From a virus, in IMG/VR virus record IMGVR_UViG_3300042881_004673, positions 16,392 through 80,391 of that record: a stretch of 64,000 nucleotides of DNA, one strand, 5' to 3'. Position numbers and translations under genes: made by a program. The notes under the pieces were generated by a model. The model had not been told where the DNA came from and made no database searches. It saw nothing but the letters and a program-made list of their open reading frames with translations. Within the stretch, counting starts at the first letter, position 1, and every line of letters starts with the position of its first letter. Below are positions 49,928-59,965 of the stretch, piece after piece.

Positions 49928-50515
49928 ATGAGAATTGTTGAAAATGTTGTAAAACAAGTGTTAGAAGAATATTATAACCACCCGATGAAATTAAAAAATA
50001 ATGTATTAATTTCAGATATATTAAAATATCACTTAGAAAAAAAAATACCTTTATCTGAAAATATTCTTAAAACTTATTCAAGATCCTTTATCAATTTAAT
50101 AAATGAAGTAAGAAGACTTTATAATCAAGGACATATTATATTAAATAACGAAGATCGTTTAATTGTGGAATCAGATTTAGGTAAAAAAGTAATTTTAGAG
50201 AATGGTGAAAATGTCTATTTAGAAATTCCTATGGAAAATTTAGAATTTATTTCAGAGGCAGAATATCAAGGAAGAAAAGTTCAGTTGGGTAAACCTATGC
50301 AAGGGGACATTAAGAAGTCTAAAGTTTACGTAAAAAACGACAAAGGAAAGGTTGTTAAAGTAAATTTTGGTTTTGGTGGAAAATCGGCCAAAGGTAAAAT
50401 AATGACAATTAAAAAAAACAATCCTGATAGGAGAAAATCATTTAGAGCAAGACATAATTGTGATAATCCTGGGCCAAAGTGGAAACCAAGATACTGGAGT
50501 TGCAAAGCATGGTAA
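49928..50515 (+). CDS. leader-tagged protein with conserved basic phage domain
   Basis: VVKQVLEE; ISE-AEYQGRKV.L.KP...KVNFG...RRKSFRARHNC...RYWSCKAW. Confidence 0.75.
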   Translation: MRIVENVVKQVLEEYYNHPMKLKNNVLISDILKYHLEKKIPLSENILKTYSRSFINLINEVRRLYNQGHIILNNEDRLIVESDLGKKVILENGENVYLEIPMENLEFISEAEYQGRKVQLGKPMQGDIKKSKVYVKNDKGKVVKVNFGFGGKSAKGKIMTIKKNNPDRRKSFRARHNCDNPGPKWKPRYWSCKAW

Positions 50516-50573
50516 AAATTTAATTATATTATAAAAAGAAGAAGATTTAGATCAAGAATTAAATAAAAAATAT

Positions 50574-51206
50574 ATGACTTTAACCAAACAGACAATAGTT
50601 GAATCTTATAAGTATGATTCTTTGATAAGAAAAATTGTCAAAGATATTGTCACACTATATAAGGAAAAGGGTGTGGGAGAATATTATCTTCCTGAGGACA
50701 TTAATGAGAATGAATATGAATATCATTTTAAAGATATTTTTGTTACTGTTGAATTATTATTAGAGGAATCCAAAAGTGTTGATGGATTTTTATTAAACGC
50801 GGATTACTATTCTGACGACGATGATGGTGAAGATGTTGTCATTGTTAAAATCGTATATAATCCTGAAACAAAAAATAAAATATTATATGACATGATTGGA
50901 GAGTTAAATGAAATTTTAGCTCATGAATTAAGACACAACTACCAAAAAAACAAAGGTTTATTCGACTTTAATGTTGAACCAAATGATGATGAAGATGACG
51001 AAGAAGAAGGATATGATTATTACACAAAACCAAAAGAATTAGATTCTCAATACTACGGATTTAAAAGAATGTCTAAAATTACGGGAAGACCATTTAATGA
51101 TGTAATGATAGGTTGGTTTAAAAAGTATAAGGATGTTCATAAAATGAACGACGATGAAGTAAAACTTACCATTAAGAAAATATTAGACTATAAGACTAAT
51201 CTTTAA
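50574..51206 (+). CDS. zincin-like (HExxH) protein
   Basis: LAHELRHNYQ...YY..PKELDS. Confidence 0.6.
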   Translation: MTLTKQTIVESYKYDSLIRKIVKDIVTLYKEKGVGEYYLPEDINENEYEYHFKDIFVTVELLLEESKSVDGFLLNADYYSDDDDGEDVVIVKIVYNPETKNKILYDMIGELNEILAHELRHNYQKNKGLFDFNVEPNDDEDDEEEGYDYYTKPKELDSQYYGFKRMSKITGRPFNDVMIGWFKKYKDVHKMNDDEVKLTIKKILDYKTNL

Positions 51207-51816
51207 ATCTTTTAATTATCTTATCTATTAATGTTGTTAATAAATTAGACGCAAAAATACCACCAGTGTAATGACTAACACCAGTTACAATTAGATTGAC
51301 TTGTTGTTCTGATAAATCAAGATCTGACATATCTTTTAATAAAGGAACTAATGGGATTAAAAAAGTATAAGCAATCATGTTAGAAACTTTTGAAAATGTA
51401 ATATTTAAACTATCTAAAAAATTAAACATAGCATCTTTTAGTTCGTAAGATTTTATCATTGCCCTATCAAAAAAAGTTATTAATTTTTTTTCTTTTATAA
51501 TTTCTAAAACTTTATGTAATTTTTCTTTATTGGTTGAGAAAAACGTTAAAGTTATTCCAAAACAAATTAAAGTAATGTCAGATTCTGATAAGTTTGAATA
51601 ACGATCCTCCATGTAATTTGAGATTGGACCAACAAATCCCCCAATAACAGAACCCCAAGTTAATAAAAAAGTAAAATCAATTCCAAATTGTTTTTTAACA
51701 TCTTTTAAAAATTTCTTTGTAAAGTCTCTTGATTTTTCAAAAATTCCGGCAATTTCTTCCTCTTGTTGTTCTTTTAATAATTTAATAAATTGTGATTCCG
51801 TTAAAATTAAATCCAT
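51196..51816 (-). CDS. leader-tagged membrane protein
   Basis: MDLILTESQFIKLLKE; several hydrophobic segments. Confidence 0.7.
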   Translation of the reverse strand: MDLILTESQFIKLLKEQQEEEIAGIFEKSRDFTKKFLKDVKKQFGIDFTFLLTWGSVIGGFVGPISNYMEDRYSNLSESDITLICFGITLTFFSTNKEKLHKVLEIIKEKKLITFFDRAMIKSYELKDAMFNFLDSLNITFSKVSNMIAYTFLIPLVPLLKDMSDLDLSEQQVNLIVTGVSHYTGGIFASNLLTTLIDKIIKRFKD

Positions 51817-51922
51817 AACATAAGTATATATCTATATAATAAATATAGAATAAATAAAACATTTAGTGTTTTAAAAAAAATATTTGATAAACGATAAATA
51901 TTTATTAAAAAACAAAACAACT

Positions 51923-52585
51923 ATGAACGCATATTTTTTTAAAATGGATAAACAAGAAAAAGACAATATCTTGGATCAACATAAACATATTTATGATGGT
52001 TATGTGACTAAATATAATCAACAGAGTAATCAGACTCCATTATATGTTCAGGATTTGGCAAACGATAAGATGGGTTTAACTGTAAATAACAAAGGAGTTG
52101 TTAAACCATATAGCAACATGAATATTAATGAAACACACACAGGATCAGACATGATTGGTGGTGACCCACAATCTCAAAGTAATATGAAATACCGTCATTT
52201 AAAAAACGGAACTGTTGATTTTGATAATTTTTCTGATACTAATTTAGTAGATAAAGACACTATGAATGATAACTACCCTTCTCCAAACGAAAACGAACAA
52301 GAATATGTGAGCTATGGTAATTTTAAAGATGAAATGAGTCAAAATTTAGATCAATATGAATATGACATTGATGAGTTAGAGGATTACTCAACAGATGGTT
52401 TATATTCGGATAATGATGAAACGGAAGATGATGAAACGGAAGATGATGAAACGGAAGATGATGAAGATTATAATTTTTCTGATGACTTAGATATTTCTAG
52501 TGTTGACGAAGAAAACCAATATGATGTTTTATCAAACATAAATGAGTCTTTAAATATGTTTAAAAAATTTAAAAATTATAATTAA
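51923..52585 (+). CDS. leader-tagged acidic protein
   Basis: Start re-called to MNAYFFKMDKQEKDNILDQH; INE junctions. Confidence 0.75.
   Translation: MNAYFFKMDKQEKDNILDQHKHIYDGYVTKYNQQSNQTPLYVQDLANDKMGLTVNNKGVVKPYSNMNINETHTGSDMIGGDPQSQSNMKYRHLKNGTVDFDNFSDTNLVDKDTMNDNYPSPNENEQEYVSYGNFKDEMSQNLDQYEYDIDELEDYSTDGLYSDNDETEDDETEDDETEDDEDYNFSDDLDISSVDEENQYDVLSNINESLNMFKKFKNYN
52413..52465 (+). repeat. 15-bp tandem repeat ATGATGAAACGGAAG x3.5 (DDETE)
   Basis: Read directly. Confidence 0.9.
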
Positions 52586-52587
52586 AA

Positions 52588-52887
52588 ATGGAAATTCAAG
52601 AATTAATATTTTTTTATCTTCACGAAAATATAAACACTGTTGAGGTTCATTTTAGATTAAATATTGATTCTGAAGAAGAGATGAGAACGGATTTTATTAG
52701 TTTAAGCGAAGCTTCTGATTTTGGGTATGAAATAATAATGGAAGATTACAATACCCAAGACGAAGAAGATGAAGACGAATTTTATTGGTTAGAATCCCCA
52801 TCAATTGATGAGGATAATCTAATGATTTTTTTAAATGAGTATTACGTTATTAATCCAGATAAATTACCAAAACCTGAATTTACTTAA
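52588..52887 (+). CDS. acidic hypothetical protein
   Basis: 99-aa ORF. Confidence 0.7.
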   Translation: MEIQELIFFYLHENINTVEVHFRLNIDSEEEMRTDFISLSEASDFGYEIIMEDYNTQDEEDEDEFYWLESPSIDEDNLMIFLNEYYVINPDKLPKPEFT

Positions 52888-53384
52888 GGACCAACTCTAG
52901 TTAAAAACATGGTTGTTGTTTCCCCACTAGTATTTGACCCAAAATCATAACTACCTGAAGTTCTTATTGCAAGACTCTCTACCCCATCATCAAGAATTTT
53001 CCACACACGACGAGTTCCATCATAGTTAAAAACAATATAACCATAATCATATACACTACGTTGGCCATGAGTATAGTAAGTATATTTTTTACTCCAAGTT
53101 GTGCCACCACTCGGTAAATCAACAGGGTTAAAATATATTATGGAATAATCCAATGCCAACCTTGTAAAACCAACAGAGATAGAGTCTATTGGCTTTGTTT
53201 CACTTTCATTAACATAAAGATCGCCAGGATAGAAAACTTGATTTAAACCTGAGTTGTCCCTATTTTCATAGGTAATTTTATCAATTCTATATTCACCACT
53301 TAAACTAAGTAGAGGTGGTTGGGCGTATTTCACACAAGAAGTTATTAAAACTAAGGAAATAAAGGATATAAGTATTTTTTTCAT
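52884..53384 (-). CDS. lipoprotein, possibly lipocalin-like
   Basis: MKKILISFISLVLITSC lipobox; LSGEYRI; TATATTTG at 53400-53407(-). Confidence 0.7.
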   Translation of the reverse strand: MKKILISFISLVLITSCVKYAQPPLLSLSGEYRIDKITYENRDNSGLNQVFYPGDLYVNESETKPIDSISVGFTRLALDYSIIYFNPVDLPSGGTTWSKKYTYYTHGQRSVYDYGYIVFNYDGTRRVWKILDDGVESLAIRTSGSYDFGSNTSGETTTMFLTRVGP

Positions 53385-53447
53385 ATTTAATTGTTTTTAC
53401 AAATATAACCATTTTTTTATGTTTTTAAAACTATTTATAAAAAAAAA

Positions 53448-53678
53448 ATGGATTTAGATAAAATTATTTATTTGTTAACAACATATACTTACCCAACAAA
53501 TAAAAAAGAAATGGGGGAACAAGATGAGTCGCCACCATCCACAGGTGGAGCTGCATATCCTACTGTAACAAAATGGGAGACGGGGTTAACAAGAAGTGTT
53601 GCAAATCAAATTGATTACAAGGCCAAATGGAAAGATTTATACAAAATAACGAGAGGTAAGTCAAATACTTTATTATAA
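53448..53678 (+). CDS. small protein with duplicated KW...TR..N motif
   Basis: KWETGLTRSVAN and KWKDLYKITRGKSN. Confidence 0.7.
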   Translation: MDLDKIIYLLTTYTYPTNKKEMGEQDESPPSTGGAAYPTVTKWETGLTRSVANQIDYKAKWKDLYKITRGKSNTLL

Positions 53679-53704
53679 ACAAAATTAGTAGATATTTATA
53701 AATT

Positions 53705-55018
53705 ATGGTAAGAAATATACAAATTAATGAATCTGAAAAAAGAGAGTTATTAAAACAACATTCTAACAATAAATCTTTTTTAATTGAAGATGATGTTGTT
53801 TTTACAAATTGGTTAAGTTCCGATAATAAATATGTCGTATTTATGGATCAATTAATTGAAGTAAAAACAAAAACAAATTTAGGGGATATTTGGAAAAATC
53901 CAGACAACCTATTTTTATTTTTAGAACATCTTTATAAAACTTCCAAATTTACATCGGTAATAAAAGAAGAAGCGTCTAACTTTTTTTCCAAAAGACTTAT
54001 AATGGAAGGTAATAGAGATTTATCGTCAATTAAACATTTAATTAAAATTTTAATTAAAGAAGATAATGCAATCCAATGGCTTTGGAATAAAGGAGTACAG
54101 GGAGTAAAAGCTGTGGGTAATTTTGTGGTAGACACCGTAAAATCAACCTACACAGGCATTAAAGACACACTTTCACAAGCTTGGGATGGTATAAAAGCGG
54201 CAGGTATTGCAATTTCTAAAGGGGATTTTACAGAACTTATGGCAATAATTGGCAGAGGGTTTTTATGGGCGGCAAGAAAAATAAGGTCCGCCGCTTATAG
54301 CACTGTTGGTATGATTGTAGATGCCATTTTAATAGCGACTGGTGTTGGTAAAATTGGTCAGGTAGTTGTTTGGGCGATCATTGTTGCGTTAGACCTTTAT
54401 GAATTTATTAACGAAGATTATGAAAACAAAGATGATCCTATGTGGGTAAGATATTTATTTTTTGGATGTGATGTTTTAGGGTTAGTTTTTGCTGGGGCAG
54501 CTGCGGGAGGAGCAAGAGCCGTAATAAAAGGGGTTTTTAAAGGAATTTCTTCAGGGGCTGAAGCGGCAGTAACAATCGCTAAAAACAAATCCATAATGGG
54601 AATTCTTACAAAAATGGTTGGAGCGATGAAAGATTTACCAGCTAAATTCGCTCAGCATTCTGCAAAACTTGGAACAGGTTTTTTTGCTAAGTTATTTGGA
54701 CCGGCTTTAACTGGTCTTGGAAAGGTAGTTACCGGGTTTTTAAATTCAATAAAATCATTATTTAGTAAACCACAATTTAGACCTGTTTTAATACAACTTG
54801 GATTAATAACTGGATTAGGAGCTTATGGTGAAATACAAAAAGAAAAACTTTCCGATTTAGAAACCAAAAAGAAAGAAATGGATAAACAAAACGCAATTAA
54901 TGCGGCATCGGTTGAAAAACAAAATAAAGAATTGGCAACAAAATCTGATGATTTATTGGCAGCTTTAGATACTGGTGAGAATAATTTGGACGATATAAAT
55001 GCATGGGGAAATGATTAA
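53705..55018 (+). CDS. leader-tagged helical multi-TM protein
   Basis: MVRNIQINESEKRELLKQH; several LIxE sites; Gly/Ala-rich TM helices. Confidence 0.75.
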   Translation: MVRNIQINESEKRELLKQHSNNKSFLIEDDVVFTNWLSSDNKYVVFMDQLIEVKTKTNLGDIWKNPDNLFLFLEHLYKTSKFTSVIKEEASNFFSKRLIMEGNRDLSSIKHLIKILIKEDNAIQWLWNKGVQGVKAVGNFVVDTVKSTYTGIKDTLSQAWDGIKAAGIAISKGDFTELMAIIGRGFLWAARKIRSAAYSTVGMIVDAILIATGVGKIGQVVVWAIIVALDLYEFINEDYENKDDPMWVRYLFFGCDVLGLVFAGAAAGGARAVIKGVFKGISSGAEAAVTIAKNKSIMGILTKMVGAMKDLPAKFAQHSAKLGTGFFAKLFGPALTGLGKVVTGFLNSIKSLFSKPQFRPVLIQLGLITGLGAYGEIQKEKLSDLETKKKEMDKQNAINAASVEKQNKELATKSDDLLAALDTGENNLDDINAWGND

Positions 55019-55019
55019 T

Positions 55020-56357
55020 ATGGAAAAAGAAATACTAAACGAAATATTAAGGATTAGATTATTATCAAATTATGATATGAAATCAACTTTAACTGAAAAC
55101 GAAGAAATTATTTTAAAAGAAGGTAAGGGTGATACGGTTGTTAACACTATAAAAACTGTTGACGATATTGCAAAAATAGAAAGACAAATGTTGAAAGCAT
55201 CAGAAAATGAATTAAGAACCGCTTTAAATCAAGGTAAAAAACTTACTATTACCGCTAAAGACGGAATAACATTATTAAAAACAACTGATGAAATTATTGG
55301 AGCACTAAAGGCTGGTAAACTAGCGCCAGCTGAAGCTGGAAAAGTTTATAGAAACGCATTTAGAAACACAACAGATATTAAATTACTTCAGGGTATTGCC
55401 GATAAAACGGTGGAGGGAGCAAGTTTTATTAATAAGTATGGGAATTTAAATAAATCAGAGTTTATTTCAAGGGTAACAAAAGACATGAAAATAGGTCCAC
55501 AACAAGCGGAGGCTCTTTTTAAATCTAACACAAAAAGATTATCTATTATAGGTAACACGGGCGAAAACTTAGTTAAAAACACAGGTAAAAACACAGGTAA
55601 AAACGCAGGTAAAAACGCAGGTAAAAATTCTCAAAATATTAACATCAATATTAACAATAACGTTAAAAATATGAGTAATGCTGAATATGCAAAATATTTG
55701 GATGGATATGCTGATGATCTTTATAAGGCTACAGGTAAAGATGCGGATGATTTAGCGCGAAATAGTGGTTTTAAAAATTTTGATGATTGGGGTAGAAGAG
55801 ATCCTGATGGAATGTTAAGAGTTATAGAATCTGAAACTAGGTCTAATACGGGATTTTTTGGTAGACTTTTTGCTAAAGGTAATAGATGGGCCATTGTATG
55901 GTCAATTGTTAAATGGGGATCATTAGCGGTTGGGGCTTATTGGTTATATAAAAAATTGTTTGGAGATAATGCTCCAAACCCTTGTGAACCAGGAACTCAT
56001 ATGGTTGAAGGAAAAGGTTGTATTCCTGATGGTGGAGACGGCGGAGGCGGAGGCGGCGGAGGCGGTGGAGGCGGTGGAGACACAGAAGATGAAGGACCTA
56101 ATGATGAAAACCTTAAAGATTCCGAAGGAAATAAATATGTTGAATGTGAACCACCTTATTATAAAGGATGTATCGGAAAAAAAGGTGATGACAATATTAA
56201 AAAGGCTCAAGATTGTTTGGGAGTAACGCCTAATGGATTCTTTAATCAAGAAACAGAAGACGCACTAAAAAATAAAATAAATAAAAAAAGTTTCACTTCT
56301 TCAGACATGAGTGCTATATGTGCTAAAAGTTATGGTGGAGGAAGTTTTCAAATTTAA
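55020..56357 (+). CDS. leader-tagged protein with TM helix, Gly linker and C-terminal PG-binding-like domain
   Basis: MEKEILNEILRI...IILKE; WAIVWSIVKWGSLAVGAYWL; poly-Gly; IKKAQDCLGV.PNGFF..ETE.AL. Confidence 0.7.
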   Translation: MEKEILNEILRIRLLSNYDMKSTLTENEEIILKEGKGDTVVNTIKTVDDIAKIERQMLKASENELRTALNQGKKLTITAKDGITLLKTTDEIIGALKAGKLAPAEAGKVYRNAFRNTTDIKLLQGIADKTVEGASFINKYGNLNKSEFISRVTKDMKIGPQQAEALFKSNTKRLSIIGNTGENLVKNTGKNTGKNAGKNAGKNSQNINININNNVKNMSNAEYAKYLDGYADDLYKATGKDADDLARNSGFKNFDDWGRRDPDGMLRVIESETRSNTGFFGRLFAKGNRWAIVWSIVKWGSLAVGAYWLYKKLFGDNAPNPCEPGTHMVEGKGCIPDGGDGGGGGGGGGGGGGDTEDEGPNDENLKDSEGNKYVECEPPYYKGCIGKKGDDNIKKAQDCLGVTPNGFFNQETEDALKNKINKKSFTSSDMSAICAKSYGGGSFQI

Positions 56358-56369
56358 AAAATAAAAAAA

Positions 56370-58085
56370 ATGGATGTAAGTAGTATTTTAAGTAAAATTT
56401 TAAATGAAGAATATGTGGTAGGTAAAACCGGAAGAGGTATAAATTATAAAGACACTAATTTGGTATTATCAAACGCCAAAACAAATTGCCCAACTTTAAA
56501 GTTTTTAGGTGGTATAAAATCAATGACACCATCATCCCCTATAGATGGAAATGTTCCTTTAATGAATAAGTTTCCCGAAATTTACAATATGACACCAGAT
56601 GCTGTTGCCTATGCGTCGGGTAAACTTGGTAGTGAAAATATTGTGGTTTTTGGTGTTGTAGATCCTAACACACAATCAGGAAAAAGAGGTTTATTAGCTT
56701 ATACAGTTGCCTCAGGACTAAAACCTCAAAGATTCCCAGGAGGAGCTGGAACCGGATGTGGAGAACTACAAAGATTTGAGGATTATGGTCAAGGTAATTT
56801 ATCTGAATATAATAAAGCGGTGTTAGATTCTTATTTAAAAAGATATGGTGGTATGTATACCACTGCTGAACCGTCTAATATGAGTAATTTTATTGCAGTT
56901 GAATATAGAGATTTAAGACAAAATGGTAAACAATTGCCTTGGGATGGTGATCCTCAGGGAAAAGTTTGGAGAAAAGTTGAGGGTGGTAGTCAACAATTTC
57001 TTGACAACGCCGAAGAAACTGACAAGATAATGAAAGAACAAGGATTTACCGACATACAACCTTCAAATCAAACTGAATTGGGTTTAGGGTTTACTTTAAA
57101 ATCGGCAAAAGACAATTTGGGAACTATGGGGATTGACTCAAGTGTGGCCACAACTAAGGCGTATTGGCCAACTAGAAATGGTGGTGTTGTTTTTGACCCA
57201 ACTCCTGATCAATGTAGAGAATTTGTAAGACTACTTAAAGCTTGTAAAAATAACGATAAAAGTGTTACTAAAGATCAGTGTAATGAAAAACTAATACAAA
57301 GAAAGTTAAGTACAATTAGTTGTAATAAAAAAGGAATGTTTAAAGCGGGAGGAATACTTGGTCTTAAAGATGATTTTGAAGCCTTAATAGGTGACCCTAC
57401 GTATTATGGTTTACAGAATTTAGCGACTGGTCTTGGAACAGTTACTCAGGGCAATATCACAGCAGAATCAACTTTAGAGTTTAAGATCAATAATATTTTA
57501 AATGAAGAACATAGAAAATTTTCGTTTAATAATGTTAAAAAACATCAATATAATTTTAATAAAGAGTTGGTTGAGGATTTTTCATCTCAGTTAGTTTTAA
57601 GTGCCTATTTTGATCTTCAAAAATCTATGAAAAAATTAAACAGATTAAATGAAGGTCTTGCTGGCGATATCTTTGGTGGTCTTGGGTTTAACTTAGGAGA
57701 CAAACTAATGGGGGGTGCAAAAGAAACCATCGTTACTTACATTGTCAAAAAACTTGGGTTTAAGGCGGATGATTTTATCACATTACTTATTATAAATGTT
57801 TTTGCAAATTTAGATGTTGCTGACTACAAAGAATTTTTTACTAATTGTTCTAAATTTACAAAAATAATTGTAAAATCCGCGCTAGAAGCTTGGTTGGATC
57901 TGGCCATGAAAAAAATTGGGAGCGGGAAGGGGTCTATGGAAGGGTTTGTTTATTCGGCGCTTAAAAATACGGTAACAGAAACCGCGGCACAAACAACAGT
58001 ATTTAAAAGATTAGAAATTTTAGCAGAAAATATGGTTTGTCCAATAGTTCAAAATATAGATGATATGGGAGAAGCTTTAATTTAA
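56370..58085 (+). CDS. leader-tagged multi-module protein
   Basis: ILSKILNEE; internal INNILNEE and LNE-GL. Confidence 0.75.
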   Translation: MDVSSILSKILNEEYVVGKTGRGINYKDTNLVLSNAKTNCPTLKFLGGIKSMTPSSPIDGNVPLMNKFPEIYNMTPDAVAYASGKLGSENIVVFGVVDPNTQSGKRGLLAYTVASGLKPQRFPGGAGTGCGELQRFEDYGQGNLSEYNKAVLDSYLKRYGGMYTTAEPSNMSNFIAVEYRDLRQNGKQLPWDGDPQGKVWRKVEGGSQQFLDNAEETDKIMKEQGFTDIQPSNQTELGLGFTLKSAKDNLGTMGIDSSVATTKAYWPTRNGGVVFDPTPDQCREFVRLLKACKNNDKSVTKDQCNEKLIQRKLSTISCNKKGMFKAGGILGLKDDFEALIGDPTYYGLQNLATGLGTVTQGNITAESTLEFKINNILNEEHRKFSFNNVKKHQYNFNKELVEDFSSQLVLSAYFDLQKSMKKLNRLNEGLAGDIFGGLGFNLGDKLMGGAKETIVTYIVKKLGFKADDFITLLIINVFANLDVADYKEFFTNCSKFTKIIVKSALEAWLDLAMKKIGSGKGSMEGFVYSALKNTVTETAAQTTVFKRLEILAENMVCPIVQNIDDMGEALI

Positions 58086-58139
58086 TTTTTTTTTTGTTTA
58101 TCTAATTTTTTTATATATCTTTGTAGAAATTAATCTACT

Positions 58140-58835
58140 ATGAAAAACACAATAAGCCCTCTGTCTTCCCTATTAATTATAGGTTTCTTTGTTTTTTGCC
58201 TTTTAAATGTAAAGCCTCAAAAAACCAATGATACAAATAAAAACCTCTATTCGCAAAACGAACAGACGGTATCTGATGGCGGTGGATACACCCCAAAAAA
58301 AATACAAAGATCTCAAGAAACAATAGACTATTTTAATGAAATTGTTTTTAATACCGAATTTAAAGGAAAAAGGGAAAGTGCCTTCAAATGGAATAAAAAC
58401 ATGAAAATATATGTTGAGGGCGAAAAAATTGATTATTTGATGGTAGAATTAAATGATATTGTTTCAGAACTTAATAATATTATTAACACTATTGAAATAG
58501 AAATTGTTAAAAACCCTAAAGATGCCAATATGTTTATTTATCTTGGGTCAAGTGATGGTTTTGCCAATTATTGCCCAAATTTAGATCGTTCTTTATTAAC
58601 AAATAATTGGGGTCTTTTTAGTGTTGGATCGGTAAAAGGTTATATGTATGTTGATATCAATAGAGCAAATGAAGTAGAACAAAAACACTTACTTCGTGAA
58701 GAGTTAACACAATCTTTAGGGTTGTTTAATGACTCTTACAAATACCCTGAAAGTATTTATTATCAAGGTTGGACAACAACAACAGAATACGCACCAATTG
58801 ATGTTGAACTTATTGAAATGTTATACAATGAATAA
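58140..58835 (+). CDS. DUF2927-like protein with N-terminal membrane anchor
   Basis: KWNK, HLLREELTQSLGLFNDS...SIYYQ; TATCTTTG at 58116. Confidence 0.7.
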   Translation: MKNTISPLSSLLIIGFFVFCLLNVKPQKTNDTNKNLYSQNEQTVSDGGGYTPKKIQRSQETIDYFNEIVFNTEFKGKRESAFKWNKNMKIYVEGEKIDYLMVELNDIVSELNNIINTIEIEIVKNPKDANMFIYLGSSDGFANYCPNLDRSLLTNNWGLFSVGSVKGYMYVDINRANEVEQKHLLREELTQSLGLFNDSYKYPESIYYQGWTTTTEYAPIDVELIEMLYNE

Positions 58836-59013
58836 TATATTTGTAATTATTAAAAACGTTAGTCTTCCAAATAACCGAATACTGCCTGTGATAATGTTAA
58901 ACGAACAAGGAGAGGTGTGGGAATTTGATGATAAAGACAAAGTCCAAGAGATGGTAAACATATTAAATACCAACACCGATTCGGGCCATAAATACGAAAT
59001 TAAGAAGATTTGA
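58828..59013 (+). CDS. small hypothetical protein
   Basis: Start re-called to MNNIFVIIK; EVWEFD...NTDSGHKYE. Confidence 0.65.
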   Translation: MNNIFVIIKNVSLPNNRILPVIMLNEQGEVWEFDDKDKVQEMVNILNTNTDSGHKYEIKKI

Positions 59014-59019
59014 TACCAT

Positions 59020-59091
59020 GGTTCCGTAGTGAAAGGGATATCACAGTAGATTTCTAATCTTCTATTCCTGGTTCGAATCCAGGCGGGACTA
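59020..59091 (+). tRNA. tRNA-Arg (UCU)
   Basis: GGTTCCG/CGGGACT acceptor; loop TT-TCT-AA; CCTGG-TTCGAAT-CCAGG T arm. Confidence 0.9.
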
Positions 59092-59229
59092 CAATTTAAT
59101 TAAAAAAACAATGGAAGATATACACCAACAAATTCACGAAGAGTTTATTAACTCAGAAAACTATGAAAAATATTTATACGAATTAAACCAATATGGCTTG
59201 ATTTAAAAAAAAATTTGTATCTTTACAGT

Positions 59230-59727
59230 ATGAAAAACAAACTACCATACGAAGCCACAGGAAACGCAATTAAAGGATATACTGAGTCATCAACCGCCAA
59301 AGGCGAAAGAAATGATTGTGTTGTTAGAGCATTTGCGTCTTCATTTGAAGTATCTTATGATTATGCTCACAGGTATGTTGCCGATGAATTTGGAAGAAAA
59401 CCAAGAAATGGTACATACGGAACGGTATCTAAACTTGTCAAAATGGGTGACAGTTTGTTTAAGGTTAACGGCAAAAAAATTCGTCCTGTTGGGATAAGAC
59501 ATAATGACCAAATGTTAAGATCATTAATGTATGATGTGACAATCAAAGGTGAAACAAAGAAAAGAAACATGACTGTGGGCACATTTGTTAAACAAAACCC
59601 AAAAGGCACATTCTTTGTTCTTGTTAACCGACATGCGTTTACAATCAAAGATGGTGTTGTTATTGGAAACCCTGAAGATGCCACCAAGACTAAAAAAATC
59701 ATGAGATGTGCATTTGAGATAAAATAA
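59230..59727 (+). CDS. conserved phage protein (DCVVRA...H..DG family)
   Basis: NDCVVRAFA, HAFTIKDG; start 4 nt after TATCTTTA. Confidence 0.75.
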   Translation: MKNKLPYEATGNAIKGYTESSTAKGERNDCVVRAFASSFEVSYDYAHRYVADEFGRKPRNGTYGTVSKLVKMGDSLFKVNGKKIRPVGIRHNDQMLRSLMYDVTIKGETKKRNMTVGTFVKQNPKGTFFVLVNRHAFTIKDGVVIGNPEDATKTKKIMRCAFEIK

Positions 59728-59773
59728 ATTAAAAAATTTTCATAAAATGTTTGGCAGTTTAAAACAAACGCCA

Positions 59774-59855
59774 TATATTTGTAAGAGAAACAACGGGGGT
59801 AGGAAGTGAGAGGTTGGTGTCCTACTCCCGTGAAGAAATAAGAAGTTCATTGAAA
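59774..59855 (+). promoter_or_regulatory. tRNA-operon promoter with 12-bp hairpin and boxA-like sequence
   Basis: TATATTTG 59774; ACGGGGGTAGGA (59793-59804) pairs with TCCTACTCCCGT (59820-59831); GTTCATTGAAA 59845-59855. Confidence 0.55.
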
Positions 59856-59863
59856 TTAAAATA

Positions 59864-59956
59864 TTGTGGTGGTAAGAAACGGGAAACTCGTAAAGTGCAT
59901 TAACCTGTTGACATAAGATGGTGAAACGAGAGTGTGTGTCAGCTACTTAACTACAA
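59864..59956 (+). ncRNA. structured ncRNA candidate
   Basis: Closing stem TTGTGGT/ACTACAA; inner ACGGG-AAA-CTCGT and GTTGACATA/TGTGTCAGC. Confidence 0.45.
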
Positions 59957-59965
59957 AATTAAAAT

